DNA of 64,000 bases. Origin: Anaerohalosphaeraceae bacterium (GTDB lineage Bacteria > Planctomycetota > Phycisphaerae > Sedimentisphaerales > Anaerohalosphaeraceae). Below the pieces are notes generated by a model that worked only from the letters and a program-made list of their open reading frames with translations, was not told the origin of the DNA and ran no database searches. Below, in pieces: positions 10,495-21,068 of the stretch (position 1 is its first letter; each line of letters begins with the position of its first letter). The translations under genes and the position numbers were made by a program. The stretch lies in NCBI GenBank assembly GCA_963675525.2, contig CAXXSL010000008.1:128001-192000 (forward strand). The letters are read 5' to 3'.

Positions 10495-11484
10495 ATGACA
10501 GCGGATATCAAGCAGATTGGAAAGGTTGTGGAGGAAAAAAGTTCGTTTATTCGGTTGTTATTGAACGAATTTGACAAGGTTATCATTGGCCAGCGGTATA
10601 TGCTCGAACGCATGCTGGTGGCGATCCTGTCCAATGGGCACATTCTGATTGAAGGTGTTCCGGGTCTGGCTAAGACCACGGCGGTTACGGTGCTTGCACA
10701 GGCGATTTCAGCCCGTTTCCAGCGTATTCAGTTTACCCCCGACCTCTTGCCCGCTGACCTGACGGGGACGCAGATCTACCGTCAATCTGATGGCGAGTTT
10801 TATGTCCGAAAGGGACCGATTTTTGCCAATATTATCCTGGCTGACGAAATCAACCGTGCTCCGGCGAAGGTTCAAAGTGCCCTGCTGGAGGCGATGCAGG
10901 AACGACAGGTAACCATTGGCGATGAGACATTCGCGATTCCGCAGCCGTTTTTGGTGCTAGCGACTCAAAATCCGATCGAGCAGGAGGGAACCTATCCTCT
11001 GCCGGAAGCTCAACTGGACCGTTTTATGCTGAAAATCCAGATCGATTATCCAGCCAAAGATGAGGAACGTAAAATTCTGGACCGCATGGCTTCGACAAAA
11101 ACGGCATTTGACATCCAGAAAGTGATTACTCCGGAAGAAATTCTGGATGTCCGCTCGGTCATCGATGACATTTACATTGATGACAAAATTAAGGATTATA
11201 TTGTCGATATTGTGTGTGCAACACGCAAACCGGAGCAATACGGGCTTCAGTTGAAAGATTATATCAATTACGGTGCCTCGCCGAGGGCTTCCATCTTTTT
11301 AGCGCTTGGGGCCAAGGCGATGGCGTTTATCAATAGCCGGGGATATGTGACACCGCAGGATGTCAAATCCATCGGAATGGACGTGCTGCGGCATCGAGTG
11401 CTGGTTAGCTATGAGGCCGAGGCCGAAGATAAAACCAGTGAGGATGTCATCCAGACCATTTTTGACAACATCGAAGTGCCTTAA
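10495..11484 (+). CDS. moxR: MoxR family AAA+ ATPase
   Basis: GVPGLAKT, RIQFTPDLLPAD, DEINRAPAKVQSALLEAM, YPLPEAQLDRF. Confidence 0.97.
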   Translation: MTADIKQIGKVVEEKSSFIRLLLNEFDKVIIGQRYMLERMLVAILSNGHILIEGVPGLAKTTAVTVLAQAISARFQRIQFTPDLLPADLTGTQIYRQSDGEFYVRKGPIFANIILADEINRAPAKVQSALLEAMQERQVTIGDETFAIPQPFLVLATQNPIEQEGTYPLPEAQLDRFMLKIQIDYPAKDEERKILDRMASTKTAFDIQKVITPEEILDVRSVIDDIYIDDKIKDYIVDIVCATRKPEQYGLQLKDYINYGASPRASIFLALGAKAMAFINSRGYVTPQDVKSIGMDVLRHRVLVSYEAEAEDKTSEDVIQTIFDNIEVP

Positions 11485-11510
11485 TCAACGCAACTGCTGA
11501 GGAACGTACC

Positions 11511-12386
11511 ATGTTGTCGCCTGAACTCGTCAAAAAGATTAAGCAGATTCAGATTTACACATCCCGGATGGTCAATGCCAGTTTTGCCGGGCAGTATGAA
11601 AGTGTCTTCAAAGGTCGCGGGATGCAGTTTGAGGAGGTGCGTGAATATACCCCCGGCGATGATGTGCGAACCATCGACTGGAATGTGACTGCCCGTGCCG
11701 GCAAGCCGTATATCAAGCGGTTTGTCGAAGAACGTGAGATGACGCTGATGCTGTTAGTGGATATGAGCGCCTCCGGTGCATTTGGGACCCGCGAAAAACT
11801 CAAGAACGAACTGGCGGCGGAGTTTTGCGCGGTGCTGGCGTTTGCCGCCATCCGCAATAACGACAAAGTCGGATTGATTATCTTTACCGATCAGGTGGAG
11901 TTGTACATTCCTCCGAAAAAAGGGACCAGTCATGTCCTACGTCTGATTCGGGAATTGTTGGGTTATAAGATCGCCGATAAAAAAACCAATATCCCGCTGG
12001 CACTGGATTATCTTGCCAAGGTGATTCGCAAGCGCGCGACGGTATTTCTCGTTTCAGATTTTATCGCCGATGGATTTTCCCGATCATTATCGTTGGTGAA
12101 TAAACGCCATGATGTGATCGCGGTTAGCGTTCAGGATCCAGCGGAAATCAATCTGCCCCGTGTGGGACTGGTTGAGTTTAAAGACGCTGAAACCGGACAT
12201 ACGCAAGTGATTGATTCATCGAGCAGGGTTTTTCGCAGGATGTATGAACGAGAAAATCTCCGCCGGGCCGATCTGCTTGCCCAACTATTTCGTTCGATCA
12301 GCGTGGATCGTATTTCGATTGAAACGAATAAGCCGTATATTCACGATTTGGTCAAGTTTTTCCACATGAGACATCGGAGAACATAG
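11511..12386 (+). CDS. DUF58 domain protein
   Basis: GRGMQFEEVREYTPGDDVRTIDWNVTAR. Confidence 0.95.
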   Translation: MLSPELVKKIKQIQIYTSRMVNASFAGQYESVFKGRGMQFEEVREYTPGDDVRTIDWNVTARAGKPYIKRFVEEREMTLMLLVDMSASGAFGTREKLKNELAAEFCAVLAFAAIRNNDKVGLIIFTDQVELYIPPKKGTSHVLRLIRELLGYKIADKKTNIPLALDYLAKVIRKRATVFLVSDFIADGFSRSLSLVNKRHDVIAVSVQDPAEINLPRVGLVEFKDAETGHTQVIDSSSRVFRRMYERENLRRADLLAQLFRSISVDRISIETNKPYIHDLVKFFHMRHRRT

Positions 12387-12394
12387 GTTTTGAT

Positions 12395-13453
12395 ATGATG
12401 TATCGTCAGAATGGCCAACAACGAATCAGCTTCTTCTGCATTATGCTTTGCGGGGTGCTCTGTCTTTTCGGCTGTAAAGAAAAGCCGAATGCCGATTCCC
12501 AGCAGCCGATCAACTATGCGGTTGAAAAACCGTTTTACAAGGGGCCGTTGCGTGTCCAAGTGTATCTCAGTGATGCAAATATCAAGCTTTCCGAATTACT
12601 TGAAATGAAATTGTCCGCAACCATTGATTCCGATTACACGATTCAGTTTCCGGCGGTGGCCGAAACGCTTAAGCAATTCAGAATTCGCAACTGGAAGGAA
12701 TTACCGGAAACATGGTCAGATGGCGGCAAAATTGCAAAAATGTACCAATACCAGCTTGAGCCGCTTGAACTGGGGATGTGTGAGATTCCCGCTTTTACAT
12801 TTACCTTTGAACGCAAAGAAGGGATGGAAGATAAATCGACAGGAACATTGGAAACAGAGCCGGTGTGGATTGACGTGTCTACGTCGCTTTCCGCTGATCC
12901 CAATGCGATAGTGATTGCCGATATTGAAGGCGTTGTTGAGATGAAAGCCGATTATGCCCGGCTCTGGATTTGTCTGGGAGTGGTTTGCCTGTTGGTAGCA
13001 GGTGTTGCGATTGGTATGGCCGTCAGACCTAAAAAGCCGGTTCAGATACGAAGAACATACAAGGCCGCTCACGAGATTGCGTTTGACGTCTTAAAGGCGA
13101 TTGCCGGAGAAAAACTGGTCGAACAGGGGCGAGTTAAGGAGTTTTATGCGAAGTTGAGTGCCTGTCTGCGGCAGTATATTGAAAATCGCTTTCAGTTGCG
13201 TGCTCCAGAACAAACGACCGAGGAGTTCTTGGAGCAATTAAAGACATCCGACGCGTTAAAACTGGAACACAAGCAGGAGTTGCAAAAGTTTCTGGAACAC
13301 TGCGATCTCGTTAAGTTCGCCCGCTATCAGCCCAGTGACGAGCAGATCAACGAGTCATTGACGATGGCGGAGGGATTTGTTGAAAAAACTAAATCGCCGG
13401 AGCACCTTGTGGATGTTACCGCGGCTTCGCAGGCAGAAAGGCAGGTTTCGTAG
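12395..13453 (+). CDS. Bat-operon membrane/lipoprotein (BatD-like N-terminus, DUF4381-like C-terminus)
   Basis: Lipobox-like LFGC, one TM, LRQYIENRF..APEQTTEEF, DLVKFA. Confidence 0.7.
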   Translation: MMYRQNGQQRISFFCIMLCGVLCLFGCKEKPNADSQQPINYAVEKPFYKGPLRVQVYLSDANIKLSELLEMKLSATIDSDYTIQFPAVAETLKQFRIRNWKELPETWSDGGKIAKMYQYQLEPLELGMCEIPAFTFTFERKEGMEDKSTGTLETEPVWIDVSTSLSADPNAIVIADIEGVVEMKADYARLWICLGVVCLLVAGVAIGMAVRPKKPVQIRRTYKAAHEIAFDVLKAIAGEKLVEQGRVKEFYAKLSACLRQYIENRFQLRAPEQTTEEFLEQLKTSDALKLEHKQELQKFLEHCDLVKFARYQPSDEQINESLTMAEGFVEKTKSPEHLVDVTAASQAERQVS

Positions 13454-14509
13454 ATGCTGCACTCACCCTGGGCATTACTATTACTGCTGCTTGTGCCGCT
13501 TTTGATTGTGGTTCGCTGGAAACGTCCCGGCAACGCTGCGGTCAAATTTTCAAGTCTGGCAAAATTTCAGCCGTGTCCGGTGTGCTGGCGTCAACGGTTT
13601 CGTCCTGTCTTATTGATTGCACGTCTGCTGTGCATCATTTTGTTGATTGTTGCTCTGGCCCGACCGCGAAAAGGGATGAAAATTGAGCAAATCTCCACAG
13701 AAGGCGTAGCCATGATGATCGTCGTTGACCGTTCCGGCAGTATGGGTGAGCCTATGACATACAAGGGGCAAAAGCTCAACCGGTTGGAAGTGGTCAAAAA
13801 AGTCGTGGCTGATTTTATTGCCGGTGATGGAAAGGATTACAAGGGGCGAACTGGCGATATGGTCGGATTGGTGACCTACGCACGGTATGCTGATACGCAG
13901 TGTCCTTTGGTCCGAGGCAATACAATTATCACCGATTTTCTCAAAGAAACACAGCTTGTGAATCAGCGATCCGAGGATGGTACAGCGATTGGTGACGGGA
14001 TTACGGTTGCGGCGGCTCGGCTCAAAAAAGCGGAAAGTCAGATTCTGAAAGATCAGGCGAGAATGATGTCGGGGGAGAAAAAAGAGGACCCCGACTTTAC
14101 GATCAAAAGCAAAGTCATTATTTTGCTGACCGACGGCATGAACAATGCCGGCCAATACGACCCGCTTGAAGCGGCAAAACTGGCTGCCCAATGGGGGATT
14201 AAGATTTATACAATCGGCATTGGATCCGAAACACAGCAGCGCGGTTTTTTTTCAATGATGGGGCCATCGCTGGATGAACGCCTGCTCAGTCAGATCGCCA
14301 ATTTGACGGGCGGATTTTACGCACGGGCGGATAATGCCGAGAAGTTGCGTGAGATTTACAAGAAAATCGACGAACTTGAAAAGACGGATGTCAAAAGTAT
14401 TGAATATGTGGACTATGCTGAACAGTTCAGTCCCTGGGCGATGGCGGCCTTGGGACTGTTATTATTCGAGATGCTAACGGCTTCGACTATTTTCAGAAAG
14501 ATACCTTAA
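13454..14509 (+). CDS. batA: BatA VWA-domain protein
   Basis: ALARP, MIDAS DRSGS, GTAIGD, LLTDG. Confidence 0.92.
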   Translation: MLHSPWALLLLLLVPLLIVVRWKRPGNAAVKFSSLAKFQPCPVCWRQRFRPVLLIARLLCIILLIVALARPRKGMKIEQISTEGVAMMIVVDRSGSMGEPMTYKGQKLNRLEVVKKVVADFIAGDGKDYKGRTGDMVGLVTYARYADTQCPLVRGNTIITDFLKETQLVNQRSEDGTAIGDGITVAAARLKKAESQILKDQARMMSGEKKEDPDFTIKSKVIILLTDGMNNAGQYDPLEAAKLAAQWGIKIYTIGIGSETQQRGFFSMMGPSLDERLLSQIANLTGGFYARADNAEKLREIYKKIDELEKTDVKSIEYVDYAEQFSPWAMAALGLLLFEMLTASTIFRKIP

Positions 14510-14521
14510 GGATAGTAACGG

Positions 14522-15529
14522 ATGCAGTTTAAACAATACGATGCATTTTATATTCTATTTTTACTGGTGTTCCCGGTGATACCCGTTTATGTGTGGTGCT
14601 TCTGGCGAAAGCGAAAGATGTTGAACACACTGGCACAGACGGACCTGCTCAAGGCGATCAATCCTTCCGTCAGCACATCAAGGCAGGTTTTTAAAGCCGT
14701 GCTGTTGATGACCGCTTTCGTTGCAATTATATTTGCGTTGACCCGTCCGGCCTGGAATCCTACACCGCGAGAAGTCAAACACAAGGGAAGAGATATCGTG
14801 ATTCTGCTGGATACCTCCCGTTCGATGCTCGCTGAAGATATCAAACCGAACCGACTTGAGCGGGCAAAAATTGCGATAAAGGATTTGATGGAAACAATTC
14901 GCGGTGACCGGATCGGGATCATTACCTTTGCCGGCAGCGCTTCGGTGAAGTGCCCCCTGACGCAGGATTATGCTTTCGCACGCATGGCGCTGGATCAGAT
15001 CAGCACCGAAAGCACCCCCCGAGGCGGCACCAATGTCGGCGATGCGATTCGAAAAGCCGTCAATGACGTGTTTGACCAGCAGGTGAAAGAATATAAGGAT
15101 ATTATTTTAATTACGGATTGCGACGATCAGGAAGAAAGTTTTCCGGTTGAGGCCGCCGAATCTGCCGGTCAACAGGGGATTCGGATCATCGCCGTCGGTT
15201 TGGGCAATCCGGACGAAGGGGCCCGGATTCCGATTACTGATTCCAATGGCACCAAGACATTCCTGAAATATCAGGGGCAGGAGGTCTGGACAAAGCTGGA
15301 CGAACAGACGCTGCGTCAGATTGCGGCAGCAACTCCGGCAGGAGCGTATATCCCTGTGCAGACCGGGACGTTTGATCTGGGACAAATTTATAATGACTTA
15401 GTTGCCTCTGCCCAGAGAAGAGAGCTTGAATCGACAACCGTTCTGCAATATGATGAAAAATTTCAGATATTTCTGGCTCTGGCATTAATCTTGATTGTGA
15501 CTGAGGAGTTTATCAGTGAACGTAAATAA
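14522..15529 (+). CDS. batB: BatB VWA-domain protein
   Basis: DTSRSMLAEDIKPNRLERAK, CPLTQD, LDEQTLRQIA. Confidence 0.92.
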   Translation: MQFKQYDAFYILFLLVFPVIPVYVWCFWRKRKMLNTLAQTDLLKAINPSVSTSRQVFKAVLLMTAFVAIIFALTRPAWNPTPREVKHKGRDIVILLDTSRSMLAEDIKPNRLERAKIAIKDLMETIRGDRIGIITFAGSASVKCPLTQDYAFARMALDQISTESTPRGGTNVGDAIRKAVNDVFDQQVKEYKDIILITDCDDQEESFPVEAAESAGQQGIRIIAVGLGNPDEGARIPITDSNGTKTFLKYQGQEVWTKLDEQTLRQIAAATPAGAYIPVQTGTFDLGQIYNDLVASAQRRELESTTVLQYDEKFQIFLALALILIVTEEFISERK

Positions 15530-16676
15530 ATATAGCTTGTTGTCGGCGATTGTGTTGATTGTTGCGGTCGGATTCGCGAATGCGGAATCTGCCAAAAAGC
15601 AGATTGCCGAGGGCAATGCGCTTTATCAACAGGGCAATTACGGGCAGGCTGCTGAAAAATATGAACAGGCTCTGAAAGCAAATCCGCAGATTGCCGAAGC
15701 CCAATTCAATCAAGCCAATTCGCTCTATCGCCAAAAGGAATTTGATGCGGCGATTGAGGCGTATCAAAAGGCCGCGGTGCAAAGTCAGGATTCAGATCTT
15801 ATCGCAAAAGCCAAATATAATCTGGGTAACAGTTATTTTAACCGCGGTATGCAGCAGCAGGATGACCCTCAAAAAGCGATTGAGAGCTTTGAGGCCGGGA
15901 TTGACTCGTGGCGTCAGGCACAGCAGATGCAGCCGCAAAATCCGGCGGCGGCGAAAAATATCGAAGTAGCCCGGCTAACCATCCAGCAGCTAAAGCAGCT
16001 TATGGAACAACAGCAGCAGCAACAGCAACAACAGAAATATCTTCAAAAACAACTCGAAGAACTGAAAGACAAGCAGCAGGAATTACAAAATCAGACACAG
16101 CAAGCTCAATCCGAGCAGAAACAGGACCCGCAGTTGAGCGAACAGCAATCGCAACTGAATGAGCAGACGCAGCAAACAGCCGAGCAAATGCAGCAGATGG
16201 CACAGCAGTCTCAGAACCAGAAAGACCAATCTCAGCAACAACCTCAGCCGCAAAATCAAAAACTACAGGATGCCGCCAAGGAAATGACGCAGGCACTTGA
16301 ACAGCAAAGGCAAGCCAAAGAAAACCTGCAAAAAGAGGATCTTTCTGAAGCGCAGAAAAATCAGGAACAAGCCGCTGATCAAATCCAAAAAGCCATCGAT
16401 GCCTTAAAAGATAAGCAAAAGCAGGACGACCAACAGCAGCAACAGAAGCAGTCGAGTGACCAGCAGGAGAATCAGCAGCAATCCAATCAGCAGTCGCAAC
16501 AGGACCAGCAGCAACAGCAGGGACAGGAAGATCAATCACAGCAGAAAGACGCAGACAAGCAAAAGGCCGAAGCAGCCCAGGCAACGGCCGATGAAATACT
16601 GAACAAAGAACAGGAAGATCGGGAAAAACGCCAAATCTTGATCCGAGGACGACATAACGTGGAAAGGGACTGGTAA
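15516..16676 (+). CDS. batC: BatC-like TPR protein with Gln-rich coiled coil
   Basis: Signal peptide, TPRs (YNLGNSYF), C-terminal ERDW. Confidence 0.85.
   Translation: MNVNKYSLLSAIVLIVAVGFANAESAKKQIAEGNALYQQGNYGQAAEKYEQALKANPQIAEAQFNQANSLYRQKEFDAAIEAYQKAAVQSQDSDLIAKAKYNLGNSYFNRGMQQQDDPQKAIESFEAGIDSWRQAQQMQPQNPAAAKNIEVARLTIQQLKQLMEQQQQQQQQQKYLQKQLEELKDKQQELQNQTQQAQSEQKQDPQLSEQQSQLNEQTQQTAEQMQQMAQQSQNQKDQSQQQPQPQNQKLQDAAKEMTQALEQQRQAKENLQKEDLSEAQKNQEQAADQIQKAIDALKDKQKQDDQQQQQKQSSDQQENQQQSNQQSQQDQQQQQGQEDQSQQKDADKQKAEAAQATADEILNKEQEDREKRQILIRGRHNVERDW
16007..16530 (+). repeat. CAG/CAA-rich low-complexity tract (poly-Gln) in batC
   Basis: Q9 run at about 16007-16033 and QQQQQ runs near 16430-16520. 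Confidence 0.8.
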
Positions 16677-16677
16677 T

Positions 16678-18498
16678 TTGAAAGTGTTGACTCGACACAT
16701 TTTTGGGATTGTATTCTTGTTGGTTTTTATGGCCGGACAGGCCATCGCTGATGTTCAGGTTCAGGCCCAGGTGGACCGATCCAAACCCATCTATGCAGGC
16801 AGTCGATTCGCCTATCGCATCGTTGTCGAAAATGGACAGTTGCAAGGCGATATTGATGTGTCACCTTTGAAAGCATATAATCCATCCGGCCCATCCATCC
16901 AAAACAGCACATCCATTATCAACGGCCGCGCATCAAGTTCTCAAAACCTCACCTATCAGCTTTTGGCACCTGGCGAAGGGGATTTCACGATTCCATCTTT
17001 GCAGGTGGCTGTTGATGGAAAAACGTATCAGACGAATCCTGTAACCATTTCGGTTGTCGAACCGGGATCAACGAAACAACTCGATGTTGAAGTCGAGCTT
17101 TCAACGCAGACATGTTATGTGGGCCAACCGGTCATTCTAACGGTGTCTTTTTATGTCTGGACGGATATTGTCCGTGCAGATCAGATCGCCAACATTGATA
17201 TTCAGGTTCCGATCCTTAATGATGGCAGTTTCTATGTGGAAGACATTGATTCCTCCCCTGCGAACACCACAAAGTCGGTCCTGCCGGTAAATGGCCGCAA
17301 AGAATATGTTTATCAGGACCAACTCCTGCATGATAGTGTAAACTGCGTGCGGGTTCGATTTACCAAAGTGCTGATTCCTAAAAAAGCCGGAACAATTGAT
17401 TTCAAACCGGTTTCGGTGACTGCGGACTTGGCTGTCAGCAAGAAAAGTCAGAACCGTGATCGGTTTTTTGGCGATTTCTTCGGGCCCCAGTACGAATATC
17501 AGCGTTTCGGAGTTGAATCAGATACGCTTCAATTGACAGTGCGGCAGTTGCCGCAAGCGGGAAAACCCGACGATTTCTACGGGCTTGTGGGTAATTATAC
17601 CATTTCGGCCGATGCGACACCGAAAGAAGTCAATGTCGGTGACCCGATTACATTGACGATTCGCGTCAGCGGCAGCCGGTATTTAAAGCCCGTCCAATGG
17701 CCTGACCTTGAAAAGATTCCGGAGATGCCCGATTCTTTCAAGATTCCATCGGAGCGTTCCGATGGCGAAATTCGAAATAACGCAAAGGTGTTTACGCAAA
17801 CGATTCGACCCAATCATGATAATGTCAAGCAGATACCGCCGATACCGCTGAGCTTTTTTGATGCCGATACCGGCAGGTACCGAACCGCCTCGACCAAACC
17901 GATTCCTTTACAGGTTTCGCCGACGCGTATTGTGACCGGGGGAGATGTTGAAAGCCACCAGTTTTCATCTGCCAGGACGCAGATCAAAGCAATCCAGGAA
18001 GGCCTGTCAGCAAACTACACCTCTCCGGATGCACTGGTTAATCAGCGTTTTTCCTTGTTGGATGCAATGACAAGTCCGGTCTTTATTGTTCTGTACGCGG
18101 TTCCATTTATCATTTTGATTGTCAGTGTGATGATTCGATATGCTCTCGCCGACAACCCGCAGCGGCAATCTGCCAACAAACGCAGAAAGGCCTATTCGCT
18201 GGCCGCCAAACAGCTTCGCTATGCCGCCACTCATGAAAAACCGTCACAGCAGGTTCTTGCCGCATTAAAACAGTATGTCGCTGATAAGTTCGCGAAATCA
18301 GCCGGAGCCCTGACTGCACAGGATTGTGGAGAGGTCATTTTCGAAAAGACGAACGATTCAGAGTTATCTGAACAGTATCAGGAAATCATGGCCCAGACCG
18401 AGGCCTCTGAATACAGCCCCATGGCGTTTAAACTGACGGATGAAAAACAAAAAGAAATCCTTGGGCTTTTAGCCGTCATCGAGAAGAAGGTGAAATGA
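16678..18498 (+). CDS. batD: BatD family protein
   Basis: TTG start, signal peptide, repeated Ig-like BatD domains, GLVGNY..VGDPITL. Confidence 0.88.
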   Translation: MKVLTRHIFGIVFLLVFMAGQAIADVQVQAQVDRSKPIYAGSRFAYRIVVENGQLQGDIDVSPLKAYNPSGPSIQNSTSIINGRASSSQNLTYQLLAPGEGDFTIPSLQVAVDGKTYQTNPVTISVVEPGSTKQLDVEVELSTQTCYVGQPVILTVSFYVWTDIVRADQIANIDIQVPILNDGSFYVEDIDSSPANTTKSVLPVNGRKEYVYQDQLLHDSVNCVRVRFTKVLIPKKAGTIDFKPVSVTADLAVSKKSQNRDRFFGDFFGPQYEYQRFGVESDTLQLTVRQLPQAGKPDDFYGLVGNYTISADATPKEVNVGDPITLTIRVSGSRYLKPVQWPDLEKIPEMPDSFKIPSERSDGEIRNNAKVFTQTIRPNHDNVKQIPPIPLSFFDADTGRYRTASTKPIPLQVSPTRIVTGGDVESHQFSSARTQIKAIQEGLSANYTSPDALVNQRFSLLDAMTSPVFIVLYAVPFIILIVSVMIRYALADNPQRQSANKRRKAYSLAAKQLRYAATHEKPSQQVLAALKQYVADKFAKSAGALTAQDCGEVIFEKTNDSELSEQYQEIMAQTEASEYSPMAFKLTDEKQKEILGLLAVIEKKVK

Positions 18499-19313
18499 AA
18501 ATGAGAGATAAAATATTATTAGTTACCAGTCTCCTTCTCGGCATCTTGTGTGCCAATGCCGATGCAAAGCTGTCAAAAGATGAAGCATACCTTGCCTTTA
18601 CACAAGCCAATGATGCGTTTGCGAAAGCCAATCAAGTTGCGGACAATCCCGAGCAGGCGAAAATGTTTTATCAGCAGGCAATTGCCGGGTATGAAAGAAT
18701 TATCGAAGCCGGTGGGATTCATAACGCAGAGTTGTTCTGCAACCTTGGAAACAGTTATCTCTTGACCGATGATCTCGGACGGGCGATTTTGAACTATCGC
18801 CGTGCGCAGCGGTTGGACAATTCCAACCCGGACATTCACAAGAATCTGAATTTTGCACAAAGTAAACGGACTGACCAGTTTATGGTGACAACTCAGAAGA
18901 AGATTTTAGAGCGATTATTTTTCTGGCACTATGACTTTTCAATGAAAACACGGTTTATCATTGGGGGAATTTGTTTCGCAGTCTTTTGTATTTGGCTGGT
19001 ATTAAAAGTATGGTTTGCCAGATGGCCCGCTGTGATACCTGTATGTTGTGTGATGGTCTTGATTCCGATTGCAATGATTGCTTCGGTTGCGATTGAGCAG
19101 CATTCATTGACAACCCATCGTAGTGGTGTGATCATATCAGAGTCGGTGGTTGCCCGGCAGGGAGACGGGGATAATTATCCGAAAAGTTTCAACGAACCAC
19201 TTCACGCAGGCACCGAGTTTGATCTTATTGAACAGCGCCCTGACTGGCTTTACATTGAATTGCCAAATGGCCAGAATACCTGGATTCCCAGCCAATCAAC
19301 AGAATTAATTTAA
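18495..19313 (+). CDS. batE: BatE (TPR plus SH3-like)
   Basis: NLGNSY..GRAILNYRRA, LHAGTE, GQNTWIP. Confidence 0.88.
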   Translation: MKMRDKILLVTSLLLGILCANADAKLSKDEAYLAFTQANDAFAKANQVADNPEQAKMFYQQAIAGYERIIEAGGIHNAELFCNLGNSYLLTDDLGRAILNYRRAQRLDNSNPDIHKNLNFAQSKRTDQFMVTTQKKILERLFFWHYDFSMKTRFIIGGICFAVFCIWLVLKVWFARWPAVIPVCCVMVLIPIAMIASVAIEQHSLTTHRSGVIISESVVARQGDGDNYPKSFNEPLHAGTEFDLIEQRPDWLYIELPNGQNTWIPSQSTELI

Positions 19314-19708
19314 TGCATTTTCTTATGGACTTAAACCTGTTATCACGTTTGATCCGTTTCCACTCTCCCTTCTCCCCTACCGTCCCAGTTTGGACAGAAG
19401 GAAATATCATCGAGCAAAATATAGCTGTTGAATTTTCAGGCACGACTAGGACTACCTTCTTGCCCCCCTATAACCTCCGGATTAGTCTATAACAAACGAT
19501 CTCCTGCTCTACCTTCTCCTGCTTCTCCTACATGCCTTATCCTCTTAAAACTGAACCGGCACCATCCGGATTAATCACCCTGTTTTAATATTCTTTATAA
19601 AGTGTTTCGACACCATTTTGGATGCCAAAGGGGGTAGAAAGGGTAAATGTGGAGTAGGGATAAAAAGAAAAATCCACATTATTTGAATAATAATGGAGAT
19701 TTTCATAG

Positions 19709-19781
<73 letters not shown>

Positions 19782-19795
19782 GCAACAAGCTGGTA

Positions 19796-19824
19796 AATTT
19801 AGCACAAAAACCCCTATAAGGCAA
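19796..19824 (-). promoter_or_regulatory. sigma70-type promoter of tRNA-Ala
   Basis: TTGCCT-N17-TAAATT with extended TG. Confidence 0.6.
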
Positions 19825-19884
19825 GGGTTTTAGAAATAGAAAATCGCACTTTTCATCATTTTAGCTGATTTTGGTTAAAAAAGC

Positions 19885-19913
19885 TTGAAATAGTCCTGCC
19901 TGACAGATAAAAT
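19885..19913 (+). promoter_or_regulatory. sigma70-type promoter of tRNA-Thr / arg genes
   Basis: TTGAAA-N17-TAAAAT. Confidence 0.65.
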
Positions 19914-20001
19914 CACGCGTTTCCGGTTCAGGACAGAAAACCGTTCATAAAGATGGCTCTGACGCGGGAAACGACAAATGACAAATCGCAGCGCAGCTTA
20001 G

Positions 20002-20073
20002 GCCAATGTAGCTCAACGGTAGAGCACCGGTTTTGTAAACCGGCGGTTGAGGGTTCGATTCCCTCCGTTGGCT
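20002..20073 (+). tRNA. tRNA-Thr(TGT), CCA not encoded
   Basis: GCCAATG acceptor stem, CCGGT-TTTGTAA-ACCGG anticodon arm, GGTTCGATTCC T-arm. Confidence 0.96.
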
Positions 20074-20171
20074 TTTTTGTATTTATACGAAAAAGGGGAA
20101 CCTGCCCCGGTGTTCTGATACCCAGACCCCAAAGCCCTTTCCCTTGTAACGGAAAATGGGAGTTATAAAAT

Positions 20172-21047
20172 ATGGAACAGGCAATTGCAAAAGCCGGTGC
20201 TTTAATTGAGGCGATGGAATATATCCGAAGCTTCAAAGGCAAAATTGTTGTCGTCAAGCTCGGCGGCAGTATTTTGGACGATCTTGAGCTTCAAAAGAAG
20301 CTCCTGACTGACATTGTCTTTATGTCAATCGTCGGTATGCGGCCGATCCTGGTGCACGGCGGCGGCAAAGCCATTACCGCAGCCATGAATCAGGCGGGAC
20401 TGGAACCGGTCTGGGTTCACGGCCGGCGTTATACTGACGAGCGTACCTTAGCGATTGCCGAACATACGCTGGTCAAAACCGTCAACCAGCCCATTTGTGA
20501 GACACTCAATGATCTCGGTGTCAATAGCATGGGGCTCCATTCGTTAAGCAGTTGCGTGGTCTTTGCCGAACCGCTGAGGTTGGAAAACGGCGACGGACGC
20601 AAAGTAGATCTGGGGCAGGTCGGCAAAGTGTCCGAAATTAACGCCAGTCTACTGACGACCCTGTGCCAAAGCGGCGTGATCCCGGTCATCGCACCCGTCG
20701 CCCGTGCCAAAACCGGCGGAAAACTGAACGTCAATGCCGACAGTGTCGCCGGGCATGTAGCCGCGGCGGTCAGCGCCGAAAAACTGGTCGTTCTCAGCGA
20801 CACCCACGGCATCCGGATGAATGTGGACGATCCGGAAAGCTGGGTGTCCAGCGTCAGTGAAGCGGAGATCGCAAAAATGATCGCTGACGGAATTATTTCT
20901 TCCGGCATGATGCCTAAAGTGGAATCCTGCATTACCGCATTGAACGGCGGCACCGGCAAAGCACATATTATTGACGGACGAATCCCGCACTCGTTGCTGC
21001 TGGAAATTTATACCGACAAGGGAATTGGATCGCAGATTACAAAATAA
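20172..21047 (+). CDS. argB: Acetylglutamate kinase
   Basis: VVKLGGS, VHGGG, GRRYTD, NVNAD, GMMPKV, HIIDGR. Confidence 0.97.
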   Translation: MEQAIAKAGALIEAMEYIRSFKGKIVVVKLGGSILDDLELQKKLLTDIVFMSIVGMRPILVHGGGKAITAAMNQAGLEPVWVHGRRYTDERTLAIAEHTLVKTVNQPICETLNDLGVNSMGLHSLSSCVVFAEPLRLENGDGRKVDLGQVGKVSEINASLLTTLCQSGVIPVIAPVARAKTGGKLNVNADSVAGHVAAAVSAEKLVVLSDTHGIRMNVDDPESWVSSVSEAEIAKMIADGIISSGMMPKVESCITALNGGTGKAHIIDGRIPHSLLLEIYTDKGIGSQITK

Positions 21048-21068
21048 TAATTAATACAGGCAAAAATC

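Noticed and set aside
16000..16845. 281-aa Ala/Val-rich antisense ORF
   Set aside because: Mirror of the CAG/CAA-rich batC coding strand
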